From contig OZ037772.1 in assembly GCA_964035545.1 (NCBI GenBank), positions 1,178,001 through 1,242,000 on the forward strand: a DNA stretch of 64,000 bases, in the 5' to 3' direction. The notes beneath the pieces were generated by a model. The model was not told where the DNA came from, did not search any database, and saw nothing but the letters and a program-made list of their open reading frames with translations. The translations under genes and the position numbers were made by a program. The DNA comes from Bugula neritina (lineage: Eukaryota > Animalia > Bryozoa). Of the stretch, positions 49,922 to 62,696 are shown in pieces (within the stretch, counting starts at the first letter, position 1; each line of letters begins with the position of its first letter).

Positions 49922-52900
49922 ATTGCCACATATGTCTTAGGAAGAAGAAAACTCCCCAAAAATTCTTGGTTTGAAAATTCTAGTATAATTAAAATCACTT
50001 AATATATGTCTTTGAAATGCATTTTGCCACTCTGCAAAATTGCAGGAACAAATATTGCATGAAGTAATAAATGATTTATGAAGTAATTAACAAACCAATG
50101 TAAAAACTGTTGTTGTATATAGAACACAACATATTGATTTTCTTCAATTTCCACATCAAATCTATATATTCAATTATATCTAACCAATGCTAATAAACTA
50201 AACATGCATGCATACAAATATTTGCATCATATGCAAGTAATATTAGCTAATTAGCAACTATAGCATTTTTTTCATTATCTTTATTGCTTGCATATGTCTA
50301 AGTATTATTAAAATAAGGTTTTTATTTGCAACTTTGCACCACAAATTACATAAAATCTAAAAACTTGGGTTGTGACATGCATTAGGGCTACCTATACACA
50401 AATAGACCTTCATAAAACTCTCAATGATTTTATTCAACTCATGTATGCAAAAGTTTTGCATTAAAACAATTCTTCTAAATCACCCTAGAGCAGGAAATTA
50501 TTACAAAAACAGCTTCTCATATATAATCTTTCTCCAGATTAATTTTTTTTCCTGTATTTAAACTAACTTAGCAAGTGAAGATTGTGATATCACTCAGGTA
50601 ATCACATATATATTATTCATAGCTGTAATACTTTAGCAATGAATAGATCATGTTTAATTTCCACTCTACCTAGCAGTTTTTCAGAATTATAGAGCTATGT
50701 ATATCGTGAACTTGGAATAGCCTAATAGTTTTACATGTGTTTATAGCTAGACAAATTAACTTAAAAAGCTTACAATAATTAGATGATATTTGCATTCTTT
50801 TGAAGGTTATGGTGAAGCTACTGCAAAACTGGCCATTAGTTTAGCATAATATGGAATGCCACGAAAAAGCATGCCAAACAAGCAATGTTTATTTACCTTA
50901 CCAGTGCAATTTTATCACCTTAAACACAAAAGCAAGTATAAAATACACATCCATATTAGATTAACTGTCAAGTTAAAAAAAGACAACATATATTCATGAG
51001 CTGGTTCTGTTTGCACAAGTACAATTTAGACCAGCTTATTATTTAGATTGCCACAAAAATATGACGTAAAATATGTCTTTAATCATTATTTTGATATTCA
51101 CTGGTTGAAGATATTTTTTATATCCTAATATGTAAATATTGTACATAAATCTTAAAAATTAACTAGGTGAATAAGGAAAACTGCTAATTTTATGAAACTG
51201 TTATGTTAATAAAGACAATGGCTATCAACAAATCCCACCAGACCACAAACTAATTGTAAATACTAAAGCAATTATATAGTGCTATGTGTTGATCTAGCCT
51301 AGTCAATACACCACAAATATGTATTATGACATACCACATTTTAAGTACTGGGTTACCATTTATTCTAATGGGTATTTGTTTAAACTGTTATATACAGCTT
51401 TTTGCACTACCAATATACAAGCCAGTTGTTATTCTGTCACTTTTTATCTACATCTTTTTTTAATGCCAGTTACTTGTTAGCTTCAGTACAAACAGCTAAA
51501 CATTCTACTCTACAGCCAATCTTACTGTTAACTCTTGTTTAACAATATTACAAGAATCTAAAAATTTGAGTGCGTTTTAAGTATAATATTCTATCATTAT
51601 AACTTTTAAATGAAACAATAATATGATAAATGCATTAAAACTTTCTGAAAAATACACCTAAATAATCAAGGCTCTTTTTAATTTTCTTTGATTTCCTATG
51701 CTTTTTTTCTAATTACAGCAACTTCTGACTGGGGATTGCCACGGTTAGTTTGTAACAGTAGGCAATCCAAATGAAATGAATAAATAGGAAAAAACATGAG
51801 AAATCATGCACAATTAAGAAGAACCTTGATTATTTAGGTGTATTTCTTGATGTCTCACTAATTTTAAGCAAAAAGCATTGTTCATTAGCAGCTAAAATGT
51901 AAAAATGGCTAAAAACTGCAGATTTCCAGTGTGTACTAAATTAAATAAAAGGACTCAATCACCTTTGCAACATAATTCAATAATTGCATGGTCAAGCAGA
52001 ATAAACTACAATTAACAGCAACAACAGTGTAATAGTTGCGTAGAAAAGTTGTACTGCAAAAAACTAAAAGAATGCAAAATCTATAAATGTGTGCTACGAA
52101 GTAAATGCTGAACAGACATCATGAAATAGTGTACGAAATACAAACTATTAAACTTACCTGTTGATCTAATGCAGCCAAAACCTTAAGCTTAGAGTAGTGG
52201 AATGGTGCTGTTCGATGTTGATATGCTACAAGTAGCTAAGATGACTCAAATTCTTGCCTTTAGGAGTAAGAGGCCTCAGCTCAGTTTCAACAAAACTTCC
52301 AATAATCTCAACGGATGCGCTCAATTAGGAGCCACAACAAAGCACACCCATGTCATTTTAGTAAACTCTAAAAAATGAACGGAAATAAAACTGTTAGAGA
52401 GTAAACAGAGAAACATATAGTGATGGGGGAAAAACCTGTCAGCAAAGGTTATATACACTCATAGCCATAACACGAAGAAAAAGATAATGAATAACAACCT
52501 ATTCAAGATGACACAAGAAACCAAACAAATTTCTTTGACTAAAAAATATAATTAAATACTATATTACTTGGCAAAAAATATTTGTTTTGAACAACGTATT
52601 ATTGGGAAGAATTGCCAGTGTCTTAAATTTTGAGATTAAAATTTCTGCCTTATAGCGGAAATAGAGAGGCAATCAATAGTGTACAAAACATGTTTTCAGT
52701 CATTGGCTGTTGACTAAATTGACAAAGTTAAAGAAAGCTTCCATATCATTATTTATTTTGTTCTCAAGTGTGTGGTTACAGTTTCATGAGTCAGAAATAT
52801 AATTATTTGAGATATGAAATCAAATGTAGTCAAAAGAGTGTCATACAATTTAAAATGTAGTAATAGAGCTTTGACAATAATTTCTTCTGCTAAGTAAAAC

Positions 52901-53739
52901 AGGTACCATTATGAGCTACTTATCTTTTAGAGATGAACATCAAGGATGTTGAAAACAAAATAGTTGTAAATTACAGCAAATACCTTTCTACTTACCTAAC
53001 CAGAGAAAATAAGTTTTCAACCTTGCATGCACTCAGCTGGTTTTCAATGTTTGGATCAGTGACATCTTTATAACTGATAGCAGCATTATGTGATAGCTTT
53101 AGGAATTGTTACCTTAAATCTAAATTATATAGAACAAGAAGTGCAAAAATATGGCATTAGTACTCATTGCACAATACACACTTGCTAGAGTTGCTAATCT
53201 AGCATCACATTAATTTAAGAAAGACAAAATTTTATTACTGTTCACAAATGATGAATATTAAAATTTGAATAATTAGACAAATTAACAATGATATTGATGT
53301 TACTTCAAACATTACTAATGGTAAACACCAAAATACTAATAGGAATAGTCATGTTAACATCAATTAGAAAAGTAAAGATAATTTGAAAATGAGACAGTTT
53401 ATAGGTCTAACTCTTATAGTTGACAAGCAATTACAGGGCAGTCATATTGATGTAGGCTACCCTCAAAATGTAGCACTTTAAAAATATTAAAAAGACAGCA
53501 CATATAAGAACATATTCTTAAAAATAGGCATATGTGACACCTATATTTTGATTAACAAAGAAATCTTCTTTACTTTATTAATCTAGCTCATATAATGGTA
53601 TTCTGTCTTAGTATGTTATTTTAATACTTGAAATCTAATCAGCTACAGAAAAGTACTTCAATTCAAAGGCCTTCATAATTATTCTTTAGTTTGCTATTTA
53701 AATAGACAGTAAGGTTGATGAATAAAATAAAAGTTAGTA

Positions 53740-56700
53740 CACAGAGAGAAATATTAGTGTTAGAGTGAACATTAGCTGACAACTAAAACAGCTCGTTTTT
53801 TGGCTCCTAAATTGACCAGCAGTGAACAGAAATTAGTGTCAGGTACTGTTCACAGTGAATAGTATGTTAGATCAATGTTGATATAAAGAGTTGTGAAGTT
53901 GATTCTTTGTATTTATCACAATGAGCCAAGTTATGTTCAATGGTGATCTTATATATGTTCAATGGTGATCTTATATATGTTCAATGGTGAGCTTATATAT
54001 TTTCAATGGTGATCTTATTTATGCTCAATAGTGGTATTATCTATGTTTAATAGTGATCTTATTTATGTTCAATAGTGATATTATATATGTTCAATAGTGA
54101 GCTTATATATATTCAATGATGATCTTATTTCTGTTCAATGATGATCTTAGATATGCTCAATGCTGAACTAAGTTATATTCAAAGCTGAACTTATAAATGT
54201 TCCATGCTGCTCTAATTTTGTTGGAAATAAGCTTCTGCAAAAATTATTACTGATCACTCTGAACTAACTTGTCATAACTTCTAACTAGTATGAGAGTATA
54301 GTAATGTAGATTTTATTGTATATGATAGTTGAATATAAGAAATGCAACAAAAAATAACTTCTAAAGATTAAAATAAGAAAAAAAAACATGAAAATAAACA
54401 TTTGCAAAATTTTTCTACGACTGTAAATTCAGTTAACTTTTCTCAATATTAGCAGAACCTGCTAAGACCATAGTGTGTGTCATTACATTCTTGCTCTGTA
54501 GTGTATCGATAACCAAGCAGTTGTAGTGTGTAATGGTTAGCACACCTGTGTGCAAGTCCGAGGTCTGTAATAGTAACCCAAGTACGGGAGAGGGAAGTTT
54601 TATAACTAATTCCAGCGGTTAGTAAAGTGCGGTAGTACTCCAAGAGGAGTTGAGTGGTCAGGGAAGCTTGAAGGAGTAGTATAAAAGGCAGCTGAGTTCT
54701 TGAAAAGTGGGTAGATGTAGTGTCGAGAGCACCCAGTGACGCTTGTAATGTAGTGGTGAGTGCGCCTGCTTGCAGGCTGAAGGTCTCAGCATGATTCAAA
54801 GTTTTGTAGCGGTCAAATTCTTTTTTGTGCTCCTGTTCAGCATCTTTGAGTGCACGTTCTTCAAAAATGTTATGGGATCTACAACAAAAGATAAAAGTTG
54901 GGTAATATTTAAACTGTATTAGTATGAACAGTAAACATTTGGTTAGGATATACAATCACAAGCAGCGTAAATAAATTAAGTTCAACTTTGAAGAAGCTGA
55001 AGTCTAAGGCCAAAACGAATAGTATCAATGATGTTAGCTATGAATCTTTAAGCATATTTTCAGCACCATCATACCAATTGTTTGACTCTGAATAACTGTA
55101 CAGGCTTTGGCAAACTTATGATCATTATGTTGCGTTGTGTTTGGGTTAGTTTGAGCTTATCAAAATTTAGTAACAATTTTGGCCATCATTTTATTTTACT
55201 TCTTTCTTAATTACAAATGCAAGAGCTGTTAGGCATAATTAGATTAGTTAATAGAAGCTTCACTGCATTAAAATTATCTCAAAATGTCAGTGAACCACAA
55301 TTTAAGCTAGAGTCAGCATTTTATATGGACCCTCATATCGAGATAACAGATATTGATAAGTTTCAGTATGTCTATAAATTGAAAAACAAATAACGTACTA
55401 CCAAGAAAAATATTGCTACTTAAACATGTTTTTATATTTAATTGTGCTGTGCAAAGATAAATAAAAGAATAAACTGGTAGCACGGAAGTTAATAAAAATT
55501 TTTGCCAACTTTGCCAACTCACCACCAATATTGGCATTTTGGTACTTAGCTATAAAACAAGAAGCTAGCTTGGCAGCTGCTTAAGGCTAATAACTACTTG
55601 TAGGCTGCTAAACTGCATTATTAACAATACTTCTACAATGGGGGGGGGGGCTTCAAATTAATGAATTTAGCACGAATTGCTAGAAGGTGAAGGGGAAATA
55701 AAACGCTAAATTTTTTGAAAATAGATTGTTACAGGAAAACTCGTATCAAATTGATATAGGAATAGAGTAGTTTGGGAAATATCAGTCAATGTGGTCTCTT
55801 AAAAGTTATAGTTGCACAAATTCAATTATCTGTCTGCAGCAATAGTCATACTGATACTGTCATTGTGATATAAAATGACAACGTTAAGCAAATGATTGAG
55901 CTTACCTTTTGCTGCAATGATAACTTCAGTTCCTAACTCTGAAAGGAAGTGATCATCTTCTATCTCTGAGAGGTAGCTGCAATCTTTACCCATGTGATGA
56001 AATGAATCAACGTTTTCCATGTTGTGAGGTTGTTTGGAAGCACAAATTCACTGAATCTCAAAGCACAACCTCTTAGTCTGAGCCTCTGGTGTTCACTATG
56101 CCGGCAGAATATTTCTTCTGTCAATAGCCATGAATGAAAACTATGTGCTGTTATGTAATAACCTTTGTTTTGCTCTTTCGATGCTTGGTAAGCCAGTTTC
56201 TTGCCTTTGAATTACAATTTAAATATTTCCTTGCTATAGCTCTGTTATGCAACATTTTCTTTTGTTCCACCAGGTAGTTTACACAAGTTACTAAGGCTTT
56301 TGAAATGGTTCACCTTATCCACAATTGACTATTCAGTAGCTTGTTTCATTGTTAATTTTAAGCTTCTTATTTGAAACACATTTGCTGATAACTGAGTACA
56401 TTGGAGTTTAATGGTGCATCTCCCTGATCTCTCTTTTAGACACATTTTAAATTAGTTGGCTTTCCTTTCCATGAATGAAATTAACTAGTGAAGCCTAAAC
56501 TACTCATGCAAGAGAATTGTGCAGTTGAATTTTGTTGTTGATAAATTCAACTTAAGTCTTTGATAAACGGAGTGGGACAATGTTTAATAGTAGTCTGGTA
56601 ACAAACTATTTGAAAATGTCTTGGGTTCAAAAAAATTTCGAAATCATAAACAGCTAGTAGGTTGAAGGAGTTTCATTCCACTGATATGCTCCCCAGTTAG

Positions 56701-57503
56701 GTTGTATTTTTTGTTTTGGTACTAAGTATTATATACCTATATACCCTTATATAACTTCCATATCGATTGCTAAACATAAAATAACCATTAATGTGATATA
56801 TTTGCAATAATATTTAAATTTTCCCAAATTTGTGTTGAAAAAAAGCATTAAATGCATTATTAATAACATTTTTTCAAAAAACAAAAAATATAGAAAATGC
56901 AAAATTAATAGGTTTATGCAGAGCAAAAAAATTTATTTGTGTGCCAATTATAAAAAGCAATTGACTCAAATTTATTTAAATACACATATATTTCAATAGT
57001 GTTCAAATAAATTGCACGTAAAATGTATAAATAGCATCTAACTGGGAAGCACCAATTGAAATGACCCAAATGTAGAGTTCAACTTTATCCTAGCTTCCTA
57101 TAAAGGTTTGTGATCATCATTGGTGCACATGTGAACGAATAATGTTGTTAGGTGAACAACTGCCAATTGTTCCATAATTCTTATGTAAATAAAATTTTGC
57201 TTGAACATATGTAGTTGTAGCATTGATCTCATTTTCTGCTCCTATCAACTACTGTTTAGCTTCATTCAGACCTAGGGATGATGATTACGTAATACTTGTG
57301 AAAAGTAGTGTTGACTTAACAACTAAGTGGTTTCAGAGCTACTACAAAATATTTTTCAGCTTACACTAATCGGATTAATTTTCAATTTCATCAAAATAAG
57401 TGCAGGTCTAACAACTATTAGAGGTGTGGTGCAGGCTATACTGACAATAAAAGGCTCTTTGAACAACTTTAGTGCAAGCGCTGCACTAATATTTCTCTCT
57501 GTG
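53740..57503. mobile_element. CACTA/EnSpm-type DNA transposon (3764 bp), no intact transposase
   Basis: Perfect 20-bp TIR CACAGAGAGAAATATTAGTG, 2-bp TSD TA, empty site in the other arm at ~37900-37915. Confidence 0.88.
53933..54215. repeat. 22-bp minisatellite (ATGTTCAATGGTGATCTTATAT), about 12 degenerating units
   Basis: Direct inspection; subterminal in the CACTA-type element. Confidence 0.92.
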
Positions 57504-57786
57504 TAAAGTAAAAACTAAATAAATTGAGAATAATATCTCCACTCTAAGGTTATAATCCTTATAAATTAACATTTTAATACTCCTGTTATCCTTAGGTATA
57601 GTTGTTAGCAATTTAACTATGAGCTCAAAGCCAAATGTCAGTATCAGCATCCCCATTACATTGACTAAGACTGACTTTATAACCCTCAAGCTGTGGCACT
57701 CAATTTCTATAAGTAGTAACTAATAACAAATATAAAATTATTTATTTGCTACTGATAGTGATAATAATAATAATTAAAAATAATAA

Positions 57787-60753
57787 CATGATCCATTAAA
57801 ATAGAACTAATAAAGCCAACGACGTTAATGGTATGTCTAACTAAACATGGCATGTCTCGTCTGGCAGTGGGTATGTGGAGGGCCAGGCAACCTACGGCCG
57901 TCAACCCGTTAATGGCACAACTAGAAGAAGATACTCAAGAGAAGACAACAAAGTTGTCATGAAATGCTGCTTCAAAAGTACACCCAAATTGAGAGGTTAT
58001 AGAAAAACAATGTATGAGCTCTGTAGACCCGGATCAAAGAATTATTTAAAAAGAATGTGCAAACGCTGGAAAACAGAGGAGAGTTTAACATCAGCGAATA
58101 GAGACTAGCGGATTAAGCAAGAACTATGAAGAAACACAAGCATTTTATGGAAGAAGAACTCCATAAGATTGAAGAAGGAACCTTGCAAGAACTAGGCACA
58201 TCAATTGGTGAAGAAGATAATGAAGAGCTAAATTTGCAAATAGAGGATGTTATAGCACAACATGAGATAGCATATAAATCAGCCATGAGAATTTTAAGAG
58301 TACCTAGTTCAGAGGTAGAAAAAGTGTTAGTAGAAAAATTATAAATGAGCATAACAAACTATCTAATGATCGACTAACACTAAGAGCCCTTAGGCACATT
58401 GAGAGGGTCAAATTACTACAGGCAGTAAAACAGATTAATGATGTGCTAAACTGTGTTGAGATTATTAATACCATTGAGCTTAATAACACCACCATGGCTT
58501 GTGCGAAAAATAAGAAAAACAGAACAAGTGTGTAACAAAAAGGAAAAAGAAAAACTGACAATGTACAAGTATGGAAAATACGACTGCAGAAGAAATAAAA
58601 AGAAATTAGATCAAACTTAAGTAAAATAGCAGAGTGAAAAAGTAGAGCTTACAATGATTCATTGAGAAGAATGGTTGAAGAAAAATATAGGATAAAGAAC
58701 AAAGAGTGTGGTGTAGTGATTGAAAAACTGAAGCAAAACCTGAGAGCTGTAAGCCAGAAGATAAACAGATATACAGAATGAGTTGATCAATATAATCAGA
58801 ACACAATGTTTACAATGATAAGCGCTTTTATCAAGAATTACGAGGAAATGAATACGTACATCTAAAGAGGCACCTGACAAGGAAATCAAAAGCATTCTGA
58901 TAAAATATATGGGGTCAGCCAACTAAAAATAATACCAATGCAGAATGACTAAATAAAGTTAGCAACAAATTGGAGCATATGTAAAGACAAGGAAATTAGA
59001 TCTTAGAAACGATGCAAACAACTGGAATAGCAATTAATGTCATAAGGTTGATAAGAAAAAGCATGAAACCTGGAAAACACAACTGAAATACCTGGAAGAA
59101 AAGATAAGAGAAATAAAGATCAAACTAAGAATTTTCCAAGGAGACTCTTTATCTCTATCCCTTTTCTCCAACTACCGATTCGCATGACAGAAGCGGCTCA
59201 ATGATGCAAATTTCGACGAGACAGAAAACAAACCATCTCCTATATGTGGATGACCTGAAGTTAAATAGGAAATCAAAGTGAGAACTGGAAGCTTTGGTAA
59301 ACACTGCCGGGATCTTCACAAGGAATATAGAAATGAAATTTGGATTGAAAAATGTGCCACACTGGTTATGAGAAAGGGAAAGAAAATTAAGGACACAGGA
59401 ATCAGTTTGCCTGATGAACAGGTAATCAAAGATCTGGGTGAGAAGCCGTATAAATATCTAGGAGTTCTTGAGATTGATAGAATACAAACATATGAAATGA
59501 AAAATAAGATCAAGGAGTACTACAAACAAATAAGAAAAGTTCTGGATTCAAAACTGAATGGTGAGAACACAATCAAAGCAATAAACACATGGGCAGTAAC
59601 AGCAGTGCATTACACAGCTAGAATACTTGACTGAACTGTTTCATGAGCTAAAAAATATAGACTGAAAGACAAGGAAGCTAATGACAACAAACCGTGCACC
59701 CTATCCGAGAGCAGATGTAGGCAGGCTGTATTTTAGCAGAAGGGAAGGCGGTAGAAGAATGTTGTCAACTGAAAAATGCATAAAGATTGAAAACTGCAGC
59801 ATGTCAGACTACATAAATATAACATAGACTGATAGAAACACCACACTGAATACCTTCCTAAAAGACAGAACAGCGGTAGAACTAAATAATGATAAAGTGA
59901 TAGAAAGAACTGATGAGTGTAAAGAAAAGCTTCACGTGGTCAATACATCAAAATGGTGGAAGACATGAAAGCATTTTCCTGGAACTGGTTGAAGTATGGT
60001 TGGCTGAAAAAGGAAACAGAAGGACTGCTGACAGCTGCGCAAAATCAACTATTCACTACTAGAAATTATAAAGTGGCTATGATGAGAGAACAGGGTAGCA
60101 AGAAGTGTGGAATGTGTAACGCAAGAGACAAAACTTCGATGCACGTATTGAGTGAGTTTGAGAAGGTAGCAGAAGGAGAATATAAGAAAAAACACAACCT
60201 TTTGGCATTGATAATTTCAATAGTAGTTGTGTGAACTTCGTGGGTTTCAGAAAAGTAAGAATTGGTACGGCCATCAAGCAGAATAAGTACTGGAAAATGA
60301 TAATGTGAAAACCTTGTAAGATTTTAACATACACACTGACGTAGTCATCAAAGTTAGGAGACCCGATATATTAGTAGTTGACAAGCATAATGCTGAAACA
60401 ACGATAATTGATATCACAGTCCCTGTTAACTACAGAGTAAAAGAAAAAAATTCGAAAAGTTAGGAAAATATCAGAATTTAGCACTAGAATAAACCCGCCT
60501 TTGGAAAACATCAAAAAAGTCATCCCGTTGTAACTGGAGCCTTTGGAGCTTTATACAAGATTGTAGACTGGCTGACACTACTTGGAGTAGCTGAAAACAA
60601 ATGCTCATTAATTCAGCAGACACCCTTACTAGGATCAGGATAAGCTCACATCCTGAGGAAAGTTCAAGCCATTTCAGCCTAGTATAACTAGGCTAATGGT
60701 AAAAGGTTACACCAGCTAAAAAACTACGGTCAATCAACAATAATAATAATAAT
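57787..60753 (+). pseudogene. Decayed R4/Dong-like (restriction-like endonuclease) non-LTR retrotransposon
   Basis: Fragments IFQGDSLS, HLLYVDDLK, YKYLGVLE, KLNG..IKAINTWAV, ETEGLLTAAQ, CxxC knuckle remnant, RPDI..VD...IIDI.VP; (TAA)n on both flanks, as known for Dong-type elements. Confidence 0.85.
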
Positions 60754-61799
60754 AGTGCAGTTGGTTCTATTATTATATTAGCATATCGATTATGACTTTT
60801 CGATTGCCACCCTGATACTATGAGTAAAATGTACAAGCATACGTGAAAGTATAGATATGATCATAAGTATAAAAATAGGTATAAGTATAAATATAAATAT
60901 AGGTACAAGTATAAAACGAATGATTATATTATTAATAATATTAGTCAGTGATACCTATAACCGTAATGGTTTTTAGACTTGCAGTTATCATTAACATTAG
61001 CTGAGTAATATGATTAGTTAAAATAATGGTATTCATTATTATATCATAGTTATAAGTTATAACTCTAGTCTCTAAAGAGCAACAGCAAGTGTAATTGGGA
61101 TATTCATATTAAATTTCATATTCACATAGTGAAATGTTTATGTTATGAACTAATTTATTCCTTCAACATTTAACTATAAATATGATTAACACTAACTTTG
61201 ACCAGCAGTATTACTAAAAGAAGCGTATTACAAATATAAGATAATAAAATTCTAGTAGTAGGACTAATAGTATTACTAGGTCCAGTATTATTCTTGTTAT
61301 CTTATTCATCATTCATGAGTTATCAAATTTAAAATTACTACTTATTAGCATCAGCGTATAAAAAGTAAGATCATTAGGAATAATTATCATGAGGTATGAT
61401 CTATGATTTGCATTATCCATATATAGTTTAATATCAATATGATATATTATTATTGCTGATAGTCTATGTTATAGTTAAATTTATACTTATCTTTACAGTT
61501 ACCTATAGTAGCACTTATTAGTTATTTGTGGTAGCCAAACTAATGTTTAATATTAATAAATTAAACTGAGTATCATAAAAGTGTTACTAAGAATTTTAAT
61601 TATAATCGTAATGGTGATCATATTACTTTATTATAATTATTATATTTTATCATTAATGCTAAACTGAGTTAATGCATATACTTTGAGTTTTACTATTACT
61701 CATTATATTTACACTTATAGTAAAACTAAATATGTAAAGGTTATACTTATACTATTATTATTCGTATTTCATTAGACTTACATCTAAGATCGCAGTCCT

Positions 61800-61955
61800 A
61801 TTACTACTACCACTGATACTAGTACTACAACTAGTACTAGTACTGCTACTAGTACTAGTACTACTACTACTACTACTACTACTACTAATAGTACTGTTAC
61901 TACTACTACTACTAGTACTACTACTAGGTCTACTACTGTACCAGTACAACTACAA
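61800..61955. repeat. (ACT)n-type degenerate microsatellite
   Basis: Source of the Ser-rich ORF 61758-61949. Confidence 0.9.
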
Positions 61956-62374
61956 ACTTTGAAAATAACTGCAAGAAAGGTATGACTTACTCTTTTTCTT
62001 AGTCTTACTGTGACTCTCAGTCGTAACGGTAATGTAAAATAAAATTGTGAACTGTAAAGTTAAACCCAAGGCTGAAATTTATTTAATTAAATTTAGACAA
62101 TCTGAATCATTGGCTCAATCCTTGAGTTTGACTATTACTATTATTATTAGTGTTACGATTGTGATTATCATTGGCATTATGCCATTATGATTATCATTAT
62201 GATTGTAATTGTGGTAATTCTAACATTAATTATAATCATAAATTAAAAGGTAATGATTAATGATAATTATTTTCATTTTGTAATCATAATGATTATCATA
62301 ATGATGTAAATTTTGATGTAAAACCAAAATACTAAAACTAAAAGTAAAAGTTATAAAATTAAATGATAAAATAT

Positions 62375-62696
62375 TGTAGTGAGTAGTGCAAAGTACAAAT
62401 ACGGGAATCGCCCTCTCTCTACTCTTGGAATACTTAGACCCTTATGTAGCAACCAATTAGCAGCTCCGGAAGATATGCTTCCGATTCACGTGACACTTCC
62501 CGGGTTATTAACATTATATCACGTTGTTGTAAGCGGAGGCTTGAAGTAGTAACATGTGTTAGTAGTTGACTGATGTATAGGATAATTTGATGTGATGTTT
62601 GTTTTATGCTCTATTGTGGATAATAAATATAATTACTCGACAGCTACCCTAGTAATTGCTAGCAGAATAACCAGCTAACTATACGCAAGTAAATAA
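62375..62696 (+). mobile_element. Probable LTR of a second LTR-retrotransposon family, interrupted by Gypsy copy 3
   Basis: Homology to the left arm stops after ATAT (62371-62374); new sequence begins TGTAGTGAG, contains CCAATTAGC (shared with the Gypsy LTR) and AATAAA at 62622. Confidence 0.6.

Larger units (their letters stand above)
15382..62374 (-). mobile_element. Giant hAT-like DNA transposon, outer copy (15382-16092 plus 45146 onward; other end outside window)
   Basis: Starts with CAGTATATATTTTCCTAG. 15382-16092 is the reverse complement of ~44435-45145, and 45146-62374 (minus its own insertions) is the reverse complement of 44442 down to ~31988. Confidence 0.8.

Noticed and set aside
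50378-50385. Another TGCATTAG 8-mer, created by a 5-bp indel between the arms
   Set aside because: No transposon terminus adjacent; probably chance or a small deletion in the other arm.
53933-54215. 22-bp repeat array as CRISPR-like
   Set aside because: Head-to-tail units with no unique spacers, no cas genes, eukaryotic context.
31988-62374. Inverted repeat as a pure assembly fold-back artefact or as Polinton TIRs
   Set aside because: The arms differ by substitutions and by TSD-flanked insertions, the junction has an 8-bp TSD, and there are no polB, capsid or Polinton integrase ORFs. Long-read confirmation is still desirable.
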